From Mustelus asterias (taxonomy: Eukaryota), in the NCBI RefSeq assembly GCF_964213995.1, contig NW_027590242.1, positions 124,001 through 188,000 on the forward strand: a stretch of 64,000 bases of DNA. The letters run 5' to 3'. The notes under the pieces were generated by a model. That model had not been told where the DNA came from. It searched no databases and saw only the letters and a program-made list of their open reading frames with translations. Positions 1 through 12,355 of this stretch are shown here, in pieces (position 1 is the first letter of the stretch; every line of letters begins with the position of its first letter). The position numbers and the translations under genes are program-made.

Positions 1-112
1 CCTATCTAATCCTCTGATCATCTTGTATGCCTCTATTAAGTCACCTCTTAACCTTCATCTCTCTAACGAAAACAGCCTCAAGTCCCTCAGCCTTTGCTCA
101 TAAGACCTTCCC
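1..112 (-). mobile_element. CR1/HER1 LINE fragment (ORF2 C-terminal region)
   Basis: Minus strand reads GRSYEQRLRDLRLFSLER, matching the C-terminus of CR1 ORF2 seen at 15315-18320 and 34752-35546. Confidence 0.75.
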
Positions 113-654
113 ACCATTCCATGTTCCAGTTGGATTGTATAGTCCCCACCAGTTACACACGACACACACACAGTCCAGAAGAGACACACGTGTGGAAGGT
201 GATGCTGTCGGAGGCAGAGGTGCCTCGAGCTATCCGTGCAGCAACGCAGGTCCAGTGCGCTGAAGGCTGTCCTCCTCGGCAGTAATGACCTGCCACCGGC
301 CTGCGCCTTCACGAGACTCTGGACACAATGGGTAAAGAGAGATAGAGAGTGATAGATGGATTCATATATATACATGATGAGAGAGAGAGAGATTGCCCCA
401 ATACAAACATCACTCCCCAACCTCTCTATCCCCCTCCCCAGCAACTATCTGAAGCTAAATTAATGTCACAACATTACTGCCATCTTTTACCCAAAACTTA
501 GCTTCAGACCGTACCTCTATATTTAACCACCCCATCTCTGACATCTCCTCCAGTCACACAACCCTGTGAGATGTCTGTACTGCTCTAATTGTGGCATCAT
601 GAGCGTTCCACATGCAACATGACTTGCATCTATAAATTCTCATCTCCAACATTT

Positions 655-1035
655 ACATAAGAACATAAGAGCATAAGAAATAGGAGCAGGAGTAGGCCAT
701 CTGGCCTTTCGAGCCTGCCCCGCCATTCAACAAGATCATGGCTGATCTGAAGCGAATCAGTTCCACTTACCCGCCTGCTCCCCATATCCCCTAATTCCCT
801 TATCGATCAGAAAACTATCTACTCGTGATTTAAACATATTCAACGAGGAAGCCTCCACCACTTCAATGGGCAGAGAATTCCAGAGATTCACTACCCTCTG
901 AGAGGAGAAGTTCCCCCTCAACTCTAGTTCTGAACCGGCCCCTCATTATTTTGAGGCTGTGCCCTCTAGTTCTGGTTTCCCTTCTAAGTGGAAAGAATCT
1001 CTCCACCTCTACCCTATCCAGCCCCTTCATTATTA
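655..1035 (-). mobile_element. CR1 LINE 3' end (same family as 15074-18420)
   Basis: IMKGLDRVEVERFFPL...TRGHSLKI, plus a 3'UTR and (TTCTTATG)n-type tail closely matching 18045-18420. Confidence 0.85.
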
Positions 1036-1184
1036 TTTCAATTGAAATTTCAAAGCTCAATGGCTTTGAAGCCGAATGGTCCAGATTCCCATCGCCTTCA
1101 ATGTGAACAAGTTGTTTGTGATGTCACTACAGAGGTTGTCTAGGAAACAATGACTGAACACAGGGGGTGAATGTGAGAAGCTGA

Positions 1185-1374
1185 ATCATAGAAATCATAG
1201 AAACCCTACAGTGCAGAAGGAGGCCATTCGGCCCATCGAGTCTGCACCGACCACAATCCCACCCAGCCCTACCCCCACATATTTTACCCGCTAATCCCTC
1301 TAACCTACACATCCCAGGACTCTAAGGGGCAATTTTTTAACCTGGCCAATCAACCTAACCCGCACATCTTTGGA
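1185..1374 (-). mobile_element. HE1-type shark SINE, 3' portion
   Basis: Near-identical to 27401-27585 of the full-length SINE. Confidence 0.85.
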
Positions 1375-1519
1375 GTTTCCACTTGAAGAGATTCCCAGTG
1401 TCTCTGAGCAGCTGAATTGGGGAAGCCTTTGGGCAGAGACTGTGCTGCTGCTATTGCCCTTCCTGGCCACGAGGCGTCGCTGTAACGCTCCCGGGGGCTG
1501 CTCATTCCCAATGTCACCT

Positions 1520-1800
1520 CTTGCCCACTCCGGCCCGGCCCATGCTCGTTGGCGGGACAACAGGGGGTCTGTCGAGGGGGCGGGGCTGCCACTGTGCGCA
1601 TGTGCGGGACGGGAATGCTCCCAGAGATCAGCGCGCGGGACGCCGCCGCATTGATGCCGTCTCCCCTGGCAACGCAAGATGTCGCCGCCGTCTCCCTTGG
1701 CAACGGGAATATGGCCGCTGGCCGTCTCCCTTGGTAACGCAAAATGGCCGCCGGCGGTGGGTGTCATTGCGGCGTGTGTCTCATAACGTTGGCTTGGGGG
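1520..1800. promoter_or_regulatory. CpG-island promoter-like region: GC box, NRF1-like site, three RFX X-box-like plus YY1-like units
   Basis: GGGGCGGGG ~1577-1585; TGCGCATGTGCG 1595-1606; GTCTCCC(C/T)TGG(C/T)AAC at 1659, 1690 and 1724; CAAAATGGCCGCC 1740-1752; CpG-dense. Confidence 0.5.
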
Positions 1801-1964
1801 GACCAGGATGTTGATGATCTGAACACCTCGAAACCTGACTCTCTCGACCAAATGTGGCTGTCGGGCTTCACATAGACAGCAGGCGGGCGTCCGCCGTGTT
1901 TATCTGACGTCCTTTTGTCCTGAAGGCCCCGTTTGTCTCTTGCTGCCTTCTCAGTCTACCTTCT

Positions 1965-2186
1965 TCCACGGGCGAGGTTGACGCTTTCCGCGCCCGCTGG
2001 GCACCGCAGGGGTTGGGGTGCATTATTGACCCTAATAATCACATTTTAATTTGATGTTTTTAAGTTTCCTTTGCATTTTGATTTCTGTTCGGGCTGTTCC
2101 CCCTCCTTTTTGGGGAGCTGCCCCTTTTACTTTGTCCTGATTTAATCTGAGTTTGTTTACTTGGTTTGGTTTGACCTAAAAAGAGG
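1965..2186 (+). mobile_element. L1-Tx1 clade LINE, short 5'-truncated 3' end with 16-bp TSD
   Basis: Almost identical to 13426-13646; flanked by TCTCAGTCTACCTTCT at 1949-1964 and 2187-2202. Confidence 0.9.
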
Positions 2187-3041
2187 TCTCAGTCTACCTT
2201 CTCAGTTTCTCAGAACATTTGGGGGTAGGCTGTTCATAGGGTTCATTTTATCTGTGTTGCTGCATTCGAGACAGTTTGCACATCCGGAACAGAGTTCACA
2301 AGGTGGTGATTGTGATTTCTCAAACAAAGCAGAGCAACCCTTCCCCATCTCCCTGACCGTTTTCATCTTGTATCAGAATAACATTAAACCTCTCATCATA
2401 TCCGTCTTCTTCACGTGTTTCTCGTTGCTGTGTTGGTTCCTTGTTGTTTCTTGTTTCTGCAAAGCCGATGAATATTTCAAACCTGTTACGGAAACATTCA
2501 GAAATTGAATGGTGACTGGTGTAAATCTGTACCCGGGGCTTGTCTGAATGATCACAGTCACTATGTTGTGAAATTTGTTAATTTTGCATAAACTGTCTCT
2601 GACCCAACAACTCACCCTGAAGAAATAAACTCAGTGAATTGGCCTCGGGTCAAAAGCTCCCCAAATCTGACAGGGGAGATGGAGAAGAGTTGTTCAGTGT
2701 TACAGACAGGCACGGAAACAGCTTCAAAACAGAAAGTAAAATAAACAGATCAAAAATATTTCTAAAACTCAGTGTTACTATAAACCTGAATTAAAATACA
2801 ATGATGAATCCTCACCACTCATTCCTATAGCACAAATACAGAATTGTTCAAAATGTAAATATGTCCACTGGATGACACACTGGCGATTAAAAAATAGACT
2901 CGCTGGGCAGCAAGACCATTATCATCACTAAGGAACATAAGGAACACATGGCGAGCGGTTTAGACTTCGACAGAATGTAACAGAATGCTCTAATTCTGTT
3001 GATGGTTCCAGTCTGGTATAAAGTGTAGCCCAGATCATAAC

Positions 3042-4530
3042 TTGATTTGAATTGAGTTTTTATTGTCAAATGTATTAGTGTATAGTGAAAAGTATTTTTC
3101 TTGTGCGCTATATAGACAAAGCATATTGTACATAGAGAAGGAAAGGGAAAGGTGCAGAATGTAGAGTTGCAGTCATGGCTAGGGTGTAGAGAAAGACCAA
3201 ATTAATACAAGGGAGGTCCAATCAAAAGTCTGATGGCAGCACGAAAGAAGCTATTCTTAAGTCGGTTGGTCCATGTACACAAACTTTTGTATATTTTTCC
3301 CGCCTGAAGAAGGTTAAGAGATTTGATCCCGGGTGCGTGGGGTCCTTGGCTATGCTGGCTGCTTTTCCGAGGCAGCGGGAATTGTAGACAGTGTCAGTGG
3401 ATGGGAGACTGGTTTCAGTGATGGACTGGACTTTGATCTCGACCCTTTGTAGTTTCTTGCGGTCGTGAGCCATACCAAGTTGTGATATAACCAGGAGGAA
3501 TGCTTTCTATGGTGCATCTGTAAACGTTGGTGAGAGTAGTGACAGACATACCAGTTTCCTTAGCCTCCTGTGAAAGTACTGGCGTTGACGATCTTTCTTA
3601 ACTGTCGCGTTGGGATGGAGGGACCAGGAAAGGTTATTTGTGACATGGACACCTGAATCTCTCGACAATTCCCACTTCGTCCCCGTTGATGGAGACACGG
3701 ACATGTCCTCCACTACGCTTCCTGAAGTCAATGACCATCTCCTTCGCTTTGTTGACATTGAGGGAGAGATTATTGTCGTCACACCAACTCACCAGATTCT
3801 CTATCTCTTTCCTGTATTCCGTCTCATGATTGTTTGAGATCTAAGCCACCACGGTGGTGCCATTAACAAACTTGAAAATCGAGTCGGAGGGGAATTTGGC
3901 CACATAGTCATAGGTGTATAAGGGGCTGAGGCCACACCTTCTGGGGCGCCGGTGTTGAGGATGATCGTGGAATAGGTGTTGTTGCCTATCCTTACTGATT
4001 TTGGTCTGTGGGCGAGGAAGATGAGGATTCATTCGCAGAGGGAGGAGCCGAGCCCCAGGCCATGGAGTTTAGAGATGAGTTTCGTGGAAATAAAGGCACA
4101 AAGGGGGAGTCATTGTTCAAGATGCTCTCAAGGTTAACGTGCGGGTTCAGTTAGCAGCTAAGAAGTAAATGCAAAGTTAGCATTCATGTCCGGAGAGGTA
4201 GAATACAAGAGCAGGGATGTACTTCTGAGGCTCTGCAAGGCTCTGGTCAGACCCCATTTGAAATACTGTAAACAGTTTTGGGCCCCATATTTGAGGAAGG
4301 ATGATTCGTGCCATTGCCAAACTTTCGAAACACTTCATAATGATGGATGTCAGAGACACCGGAGATAGTCATTAAAGCCGCTGCCTGGCTTTTCATTGGT
4401 ACCGGGATGATGGTCGTCTTCTTGAAACAGATAGGGACCTCAGATTGGTGTAGAGAGAGGTTGAAGATGTTTGCGAATACCCCCGCCAGCTGGTCCGCAC
4501 AGGATCTGAGTGTTCGTCCGGGTACCCATT
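3042..4530 (-). mobile_element. Rex1/Babar-type LINE, degenerate, with a nested plus-strand CR1 fragment (~4100-4303)
   Basis: RT-region peptides ([28 protein letters not shown]); the 4186 ORF gives CR1 [20 protein letters not shown]. Confidence 0.75.
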
Positions 4531-5187
4531 GAACCCTCTGCTGCGAATGGCGAGGGGGGCAACATTAACTTTGTTTCGGTGCAGACATGCTCGGAAAGTT
4601 GTTCAGGACTTTTTACGTCGGAATTTCATAAGAAGTGAGGAGCCGAGGAAATCCATGGCAGAATATCGACACTTCAGGTAAATATGAATTTTTCAGCAGA
4701 ATCCTGTTAATATTCCCAATCACACAGACACATGAAGAAACACAAATGTATTTGAATGTCCTAATTTTCACAGCTAATTATAATCACACAATTCAGCAAT
4801 GTTGATGATTTCCCCAAAACAAGCACCGCAGTCCCTGACTGATTGTCTATTCAATTGGATACTTTATGCTTTGACCTTCGGAAGGGATTTACAAATCCCC
4901 GCTCACAGCTTTCGTTCACTGCATTCAGTCTCTCCCCTCCTTCCCTGCCCTGTGTAATTGAGAGAGATTTCTGCAGCTGTTTTGGAACCGTAAGCAGGAG
5001 GGAGGCTTTTGTACAGTGACTGCCGTCTTTCCTCTCAGTCTCCTTTAAGTTTCAGCTTTGCAACCATACTCCCACCCCCCCCCCCCCCACCCCACCCCGC
5101 GCCCCGGAACCGAAAGACTTTGGTTTCCTGGAAGCTATCGCACAGTAATGCACAGGTTTCCTTGAAGTGGCAGTTCTACATCACTCG

Positions 5188-5226
5188 GGTTTTTGTACAG
5201 CGGCAGATGTGTTTTAAATCACTGTG
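5188..5226 (-). other. 23-RSS (CACAGTG-23-ACAAAAACC)
   Basis: Consensus heptamer 5220-5226, 23-nt spacer, consensus nonamer 5188-5196. Confidence 0.95.
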
Positions 5227-5678
5227 TCTCTCAGCGCACAGAAATAGACGGCGGTGTCCTGGATTTCTGTTCGAGTGATCGTTAACGGAAACATATTTTC
5301 TGCATTGAGCTGGTCGGCCTCGAATCTTCCCTTGGCAAAATCTGCATCTACTTTATTGCTTAAATCTCGATACAAAATAAAATGCGGAGCCTGGTCCGTG
5401 TATTGTCTGTACCAATAACGATCCGGATCGCTGTAACTTGTTGTGTAGCTGCAGTCCACTTTCACTCTATCTCCTTCAGTGATAGACAGTGCAGGCTGAG
5501 GTTGTGACAGAGAATCTGCTTGAATCAGCCCTGAAATAAAACATAAGGGAAGGTTTAATACAACAACTGAGTGGAAAAGGCATTTAACATCACAGTACGA
5601 CAAATAAATAACAAGATATAACTACATACCGAACACCAGCCACAATATAACCAGATGACGATACGGCATGAGTCTCAT
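5227..5678 (-). CDS. TCR alpha/delta-type V gene segment, intact (leader 5630-5678, V exon 5227-5530)
   Basis: Leader MRLMPYRHLVILWLVF with phase-1 GT donor; V exon GLIQADSLSQ...DCSY...WYRQ...DTAVYFCALRD open, with both Cys and the Trp. Confidence 0.93.
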
Positions 5679-5997
5679 TATAAAATCAGCAATAATCTCT
5701 TCGGAAAGAGATATATTGAACGTTGCAATCTGTTTGAACTCTGTTCTACGGAAAGCTATAACGAAGGGGGAGGAATTACCTTGTGTAATTATTTTGCAAT
5801 AACTAGTAACGGACACGGTAACAGGGTAGCAGAATTTTAACAAGCGTGCCCAATGGTCTGATGTAGATTCTCTGGTTCCTCCCACACCATTTCACGCGTC
5901 ACTGCTCTGGGCGGGGCTTGAGCTTTGCAATTTGCACATGGTGCCAAACACGTCAGGAGCAAGGTGACGTGCAGATGTAGAGACTCACTTGAACAAG

Positions 5998-7325
5998 GCC
6001 TGAGGCTGCCTCCGCTGTTCACCAGATTCCCTGTCTCTTTCCTGCCCTCCGTCTCGTCTCTGTCTGAGATTCGACCCACTATGGTGGTGTCATCAGCAAA
6101 CTTGAAAATCGAGTTGCAGGGGGATTTGGCCACACAATCTTTGGTGTATGAGGAGTAGAGTAAGGGGCTTGGAACACAGTCTTTTGGGTACTGGTGTTGA
6201 GGATGATCGTAGGGGAGGTGTTGTTACCTATCGTCACTGATTTTGGTCTGTGTGTTAGAAAATTCAGGTTCCAGTCGCAGAAGGAGGAGCCGAGCCCCAG
6301 GCCAGTAGTTTGGAGGTGCGCTTCATAGGAATAATGGTGTTGAAGGCTGAGCTGTAGTCAATAAATAGGAGTCTGACATAGGTGTCCTTGTTATCAAGGT
6401 GTTCCAGGGTTGAGTGCAGGGCCAGAGAGATGGCGTCTGCTGTGGACCTGTTGCAGCGGTAGGCAAACTGTAATGGATCCAGGCAGTCAGGGAAGCTGGA
6501 ATTAATTTGTGGCGTGACTGTCCTTTCAAATCACTTCATGATAATGAATGTCAGAGCTACCAGACTATAGTCATTAGGGCCACGCTGTCTGGCTTTTCTT
6601 TGGTACCGGGATGAGGGCTGTCTTCTTAAAGCAGATAGGGACCTCAGATTGGTATCAAGAGAGGTTGCAGATGTTTGCGAACACCCCCGCCAGCTGATCC
6701 GCGCAGGATCTGAGTGCACGTCCGGGTACCCTATCTGGGCCTGTCACTTTCCGTGGGTTGACCATCGTGAAGGCTGATCTGACGTCTGCAATGGTGACCT
6801 CCGATACATGTTCATCCAAGGCTTCCAGGCTGGAGGGCATGTTCTCGCTTTTCATCTCTTGGTCAAAACTGGGATTGAATGCACTGAACTCATTCGGGAG
6901 GGGTGTGTTGGAGCCGACGATTTTACATGCCTTCATCTTGTAGTCTGTTATGTTTTGCACAACATGCCATAGTCGGTGCGGGTCTGTGTGGCTAGCCTGG
7001 GACTCTTGTTTGGTCCAGTAATGTCTTTTGGCATCTTTGATGAATCTCCTTAGATGATATCTGACTTCCTTGCATAAGTCAGGGTCGTCTGACTTGAACG
7101 CCTCAGACCGAGACTTCAGCAAACAGTGGATAGCCCTGTTCATACATAGTTTCCTGTTGGGGAATTGTTTCTTGGGCACATAATCTTCCACACACTTACT
7201 AATGAAGTCAGTTACTGTAGCAGCGTACTGGTTCAGGATGGTCGCAGAGTTTTCAAATGCTGATCAGACCACTGACTCGAAACAGCCCCGAAGGAGATAA
7301 TCCGATTCCTCAGACCAACAGTTCA
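5998..7325 (-). mobile_element. Rex1/Babar-type LINE fragment
   Basis: ORFs 6655..7191 ([21 protein letters not shown]), 6531..6719 and 5837..6133 (IFKFADDTTIVG). Confidence 0.8.
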
Positions 7326-7489
7326 CGGCTTTTTTTGACTGATTTCGTCAAACAATATACGTTTGCTATCAATGCTCATATATATTTTTGCTTCGAAATA
7401 GCTCTTTTATTTATATTTTCTCAATATTGTTACTGGCCACGGTTGTGAGTCTCGAATGCACTCCGACATTGAACCGAACTCGGTATCCC

Positions 7490-7508
7490 ACTGCCATCTG
7501 GTGGCGGC
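7490..7508 (-). promoter_or_regulatory. CTCF-motif site
   Basis: Minus strand CCGCCACCAGATGGCAGT fits the CTCF core CCASYAGRKGGCR. Confidence 0.6.
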
Positions 7509-7689
7509 GGCCTGGACTGCAAAATGCAGCTTTCTGTCACCTGTGAGTCAAGTTTACGTTTAACAGTTTCCGATCATAAATTCCAGTTTTTATTTATGCA
7601 TTATTAGAATTTTAGATGTCACTCGGGGTGAAGAAGCTTATTTGATAAGTCCACCTCCTCCAGACAAAGACAACTATTGCACACATCCG

Positions 7690-7790
7690 AAGCATGGACA
7701 TTCTGTCACTCAGCCGCTGTCCTCAGCTGCAAAGACAGAAAGATAAGCGGTGAATTTAGAATGTATCTATAATGCTAGATTTTACTCTCT
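7690..7790 (+). pseudogene. V-segment relic (N-terminal part)
   Basis: HGHSVTQPLSSAAKTER*AVNLECIY resembles HGDSVTQSLSSDVKREGEIVTLTCDY of the V at 21944-22250; in-frame stop, rest lost. Confidence 0.6.
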
Positions 7791-8027
7791 GAAAAGTGCA
7801 GCATTCTGAAAATATCAATTGAACCGGTTTTGTGCCTTCTTTCTCATAGGCAAAATAAACCAAATTAGTCTGTTCGTTCCTGACTACATGCTGATTCAAA
7901 ACCTCCAAACTTTCTCCAAAATCTTGGCGTTCTCTCGACTTCTTCGTGCCCAGGATTTGAACAGAGAACTCCAGCAATGATTTCAGCAGATTTAGCATCA
8001 TTTTCCGGTATAAATACCAGCGGTATG

Positions 8028-8165
8028 AAGACAAAAGCAAAATTCTGTGGATATTGGAATCAGAAACCGAAACAGAAAATGCTGGAAAATCTCAGCAGGC
8101 CTGACAGCATCTGTGGGGGAGAGAAAAGAGCCAAAGTTTCGAGTCTCGAAGACTCTTCGTCAGAC
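8028..8165 (-). mobile_element. Penelope-like terminal repeat fragment with hammerhead-like motif
   Basis: Similar to 49280-49385; minus strand CTGACGA-A-GAGTC-TTCGA-GACTC-GAAA. Confidence 0.55.
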
Positions 8166-8529
8166 CTTCGTCTCAACAGTATAAAGGTCGCGTTGAAAAA
8201 ACTCCAATTTATATTTCTGGCTGTGTCTTGGTATGTACTGCAGTCAACCATGAATTCACTCAACAGCCAAATTCCAGCGTGCATTAAACTGGATCCGCCA
8301 GCTGAGGACGCCAAAGAGACTCACCCAGCAACACATAGTCGGTTTTCTGGCTGAATTCGGGTTTTGTGTGCTGGTGAACTGCCATCTTGAACCGCTGCAG
8401 TCCCTGAGGTGTAGGTAAACCCACAGGGCTCCATTCACTGCTGTCCAGCTCTGAAATCATGAATTGGGAAACTAATGTACGCTCAGCTGTTTGGAATTAG
8501 TAAGAGACCAAATGATCTGACTGGATACC

Positions 8530-8712
8530 ACCTTTTAATTCTCAGAAATGAATCAAACCGCAGAGGCATAGGACGTAACTCAACATTAACTTAAATCTTT
8601 ACTAAAACCATTTCAGGCTCAGCCCGCTCTGTTCAACTCAACCAATAACTTCATGCAAACATGTTGGTATTTGCTTTGTATTTGCTCCTCACAATTGCAG
8701 CTTTCTTAACTG
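8530..8712 (+). pseudogene. Orphan V promoter + leader exon relic
   Basis: MLVFALYLLLTIAAFLT (8661-8711) parallels leader MSPVTLYLFLIATALLT at 19490, with a homologous 5'UTR; donor GT replaced by AC; no V exon recognised downstream. Confidence 0.65.
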
Positions 8713-8989
8713 ACACTTTTACAAATAACAAAATACTCCTCGTGCAGTCATGTGTTCTGTATTAACAGTATGTTTTCTCGATTTCTAAAGTGGTCTATCA
8801 CATGATGATGTGAAGCATAATTATCGGATGGTAAAAGCACCGGGTTTCATCTGGACAAAACGGGCAATGGCAGTAACAGCGCACTCTGGCTTCATTCAGC
8901 ACCGTCCCGTCAACCCAGACAATGCACTGCATACGAGAAAGGAGGCAAAAGCATCAAATATTTGCCGGTGACCGAATATGTTGCCGAGA

Positions 8990-9392
8990 ATCATAGCAAA
9001 GCATTCCTACAGTTCAGAAGGAGGCTATTCGGCCAAATAACCTGCACCAACAACGATCCCACACAGGCACTATCCCCGTAACCCCGTGTAACCCCTGGTA
9101 ATCTTCCTGATACTAAGGGTCAATTTAGCATGGCCAATCAACCTAACCAGCACATCTTTGAAGTGCGGAAGGAACCCGGCTCACCTGGAGGAAACCCACG
9201 GAGACAGAGGGAGAATGTGCAGACTCCACTCAGGCACCCAAGGCCAGAATTGAACCCGGGTTCCTGGTGCTGTGAGACAGCAGTGGCCCAAGACCATAAT
9301 TGAACCCGGGTTCCCGGTGCTGTGAGACAGCAGCGACCCAAGAATGGAAATGGACCCGGGTTCCTGGTGCTGTGAGGCAGTAGTGCCAACCA
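8990..9392 (-). mobile_element. HE1-type SINE with triplicated tRNA-derived head segment
   Basis: SINE body, then ACCCGGGTTCC(T/C)GGTGCTGTGAG three times in 9247-9392. Confidence 0.8.
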
Positions 9393-9960
9393 TTCTGCAT
9401 CAGAAAGAACAAAGTTATTTTTCTCCTCCCGAATGTCGATAAGTTTTTTTTTTCATTTCTCAGTGAGTTCTGAATAATGTGAATGTTGATTCTGTTTAGG
9501 AACTGAGGTGTGAACCATTTCAGAGAATATCCCTCTGAACGGACTCGGTAATTCATGGACTGGGATAATGTAATAGACCGTAGTTGCACTTAAGTTTTTT
9601 TTTCAAAATAAAATTATTAAATGGACTGAATTCGTGTTTAGAATAATGGCTCATAATTGGCCCCTATCCTGGTGAGCTGCTGACTGGAAAACTTGTGTGC
9701 CCGCCATACGTTGTATCGAGTTCACTTCCATTACACCGAAGGAGAGCACCAGCATGTCCCAATCCCAATGATTGCAGCACAAATCTCACGATGTCACAAC
9801 TAAAATGAGAATTCGTGTTTGTTGTCACGTTTCTGTGTGTTGGATCGTGTGGTAGGTATTATTTTCTGGCCTGTTTCCCTGTCTAGTAACAGTACTACTT
9901 CTGAAACATTACATTGAATATACAACAAGCATTGAGGCATTTTGTGTTTGTGAAAGGTTA

Positions 9961-9979
9961 AACCGCCAGAGGGCGCTGT
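9961..9979 (+). promoter_or_regulatory. CTCF-motif site upstream of a V promoter
   Basis: CCGCCAGAGGGCGCTG, ~225 bp upstream of ATG 10202. Confidence 0.65.
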
Positions 9980-10201
9980 GTTAACGCGTTTCCAACAGTT
10001 GTAAACTACAAACTACAGATACAGCCGCCACAGCCCCGCCCCGACCTGCCTTTGCTCTTCCGGTTATGAGCCATGTAGCCTGGCCTATTTTATTGACATA
10101 TTGTTGAAGCAGCTCCCTCTTCGTCATTGGTGGGATTGGCAGTGCAGTGGGGAAGCAAAATGTATTTTTCATCCGACAGGGTGACGGAATCAGGGAGCAG
10201 C

Positions 10202-10668
10202 ATGCAGAAGTACCCGGCACTGCTCCTCATCATTACATCATTCCTCAGTAAGTATCTCCTTTCTTGCAAAAGATATATTCTCCCCATGTGCTCCAACCAA
10301 GAGTCAAAAGAGTCTCGTTCATTGAGATGATGCGATGCTGACAATACTTATGGTTTTCTGTCAGAATGGAGTCACGAAGCAGCAGTGGAACAATGGTACT
10401 CGGGAATGGCGGTGGAGGAGGGAAGCAATGTCACTCTAACCTGCAACATGAAGAAAAGCGATCGTCGAAGTTATGTGTTCTGGTACCGTCGTCGCTCTGG
10501 ACAGCACCCACAATATGTCATTCGTATCATAGGAGCTAATGTAAAAAGAAACCTCGGTATCACTGCTCGATTCTCTTCAATGTTTGATGCTAGCAGCAAG
10601 ATTACAGAGCTAACCATTAGCAACGCAATGTTCTCTGACTCTGCAGCATATTCCTGTGCTGTGAATCA
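10202..10668 (+). CDS. TCR alpha/delta-type V gene segment, open frame (leader 10202-10247, V exon 10365-10668)
   Basis: Leader MQKYPALLLIITSFL + GTAAGT; V KWSHEAAVEQ...VTLTC...FWYRR...RFSS...DSAAYSCAVN. Confidence 0.9.
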
Positions 10669-10708
10669 CACAGTGCTTCAAAGATAGAGCATGTCCCGTA
10701 CCAAAACA
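10669..10708 (+). other. RSS with 24-nt spacer (CACAGTG-24-ACCAAAACA)
   Basis: Heptamer 10669-10675, spacer 10676-10699, nonamer 10700-10708. Confidence 0.8.
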
Positions 10709-11080
10709 CACGGTGGCTTTCTCCAGTTCGTGGTCAAGGGAAGGTTGACAACAATCAACAGAATAGAAAGCTGGACCTTCCGCCAATCTGATCAACCTGA
10801 AATGTTAAAACATTGAACAATTTGCCCTCTTCACTTTTTGCCTTCACTCCTGAAGGCAGCAAATAAATCTGACAACCTGCAACAATCTGATCTAGAAACA
10901 TTTTGCGAACATCATGAGTGACATCATGGTCAACAATAATAATCAAATGGGGCTTGTGGGGGGTGGTGGATGGCAGGCGGTTGTCTAGGAATCCAGACTC
11001 CGCGTGCGAATCTCATCACGGCAGATTGTGGAATTTGATTGCAAAACGTCTGGAATTAAAAGGATAATTATTGTCTTTAG

Positions 11081-11300
11081 AAACCCTTTTGGTGCACTGA
11101 AGCCCTCAAACGGCAGAGAAGAATGAAACTTACCGCCCTTAATTAGTGGGTAAGAGAGTGGGGAATCGGTTTTCTGCATCTGTAGACAATTTGAAAAGTG
11201 ACAGGAATTTCGCCACCCATGGGCTGCGGCAGTCTGACAGCGCGGTGTCTTACTGCGGAATGAGAGACAATGACAAAAGCCAGAGGAAACCTCGGACACT
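11081..11300 (+). pseudogene. V pseudogene (3' half; same family as 24720-24980)
   Basis: RVGNRFSASVDNLKSDRNFATHGLRQSDSAVSYCGMRD, followed by a decayed RSS with a spacer related to that of the 24720 pseudogene. Confidence 0.75.
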
Positions 11301-11559
11301 GCTGCAGTCTGGCAAATGGAATGGGTGGCAGACGGGGAGAAAGCTGCACCTTCTGAACCTATCAGCAGATTGATGTGGCTTAAAATTAACCCGAATTATG
11401 AACAAGCTCAGTGCAACAGGTGCAGCACTGGGGAAGGTTTCCTCTCTCCCAGACTCTGCCCAATAGACGCTGAACATAATGCTCAGATTTGTTTGGGGAA
11501 TTTAAACCATTTCGGAAATTGTGGAAAAAAGCTGTGAAAGATATTGGTTTACAGCATGG

Positions 11560-11960
11560 AAAAATACGAAATGAAGATAAACAAATGAAAAGACGGTGAG
11601 TGGGTCAGAGTCAGAGACCGTGGTAGATATAGAGGCATAGATTGGAAGAGACAGGTAGAGATGCACTCAGATAAACATGAGGAAAGAGAATGATAGAAAC
11701 GAGGGAGAGACATGGAGATAAATATTGGGACAAACAGGGGAAGAAATGAAGAAGAGAAAGAGGTGGGAAGGGAAACAGATGAGGATACGGCGAAGAGGCC
11801 GTGAGGGAAACAGATGCAGATATATGGAGACAATACAGAAGGAGGAACATAGAGAGACAAATGTGCAGAGATCACTAGAAACAGAGAGATAGACAGTGAG
11901 ACAACCAAAGGGGCGCAGTGAGAAAAACAATGTCCGAAATGGAATCAGGAATTCAACAGG
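11560..11960. repeat. GA-rich low-complexity tract
   Basis: Purine-rich degenerate repeats. Confidence 0.6.
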
Positions 11961-12203
11961 GAGAAATAAAAATAACATAACATAATGCAGCCCATGGATA
12001 GGCCGAATGGCCTCATTCGATGCTCACCGATTCAATGATTGTCGATGCTTCATGTCCCAGCCATAACATTTAATTTTAGACACTTGAACAGTGAGCAGGT
12101 GCAGGATGATCAGAGAAATCTGTAGATTCAAGCGTCGCTATTTCCGCTCCAACAGCATCCAGTGCAGCTGAGAGTCACCGCACATTCCACTCAACATTGA
12201 GCC

Positions 12204-12355
12204 TGTGGTAACCCCGCCCACAGCTTCCGTTTACTGCGCTCACTCTGACCCGATTATGTGATTGGACAGATTGCTGCCACTGCTCCATTCCTCTCATTGG
12301 ATCAGCAGTGCAGTGGGACGGGGATCTTTACTTCTGTTTCTGACAGAGGATTTCT
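12204..12355 (+). promoter_or_regulatory. V promoter/5'UTR (RUNX-GC box-ETS module) separated from its gene by a Tx1 insertion
   Basis: TGTGGT 12204, CCCCGCCC, CTTCCG; homologous to 18781-18960 and contiguous with 13661+ once the insert is removed. Confidence 0.65.

Noticed and set aside
1300-1851. 183-aa ORF over the CpG island
   Set aside because: Chimeric reading through a Rex1 scrap, GC-rich DNA and a SINE
2200-2510. Minus-strand EEDGYDERF... and RPPAVYV peptides hinting at Ig V/C relics
   Set aside because: No Cys/Trp framework or RSS; similarity too short
5004-5042. Nonamer-like GGCTTTTGT suggesting a D/J RSS
   Set aside because: No heptamer at 12 or 23 nt spacing
9791-9857. Leader-like FVFVVTFLCVGSC followed by GTAGGT
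   Set aside because: In-frame stop after the ATG, no downstream V exon and no clear homolog in the window; too weak to call
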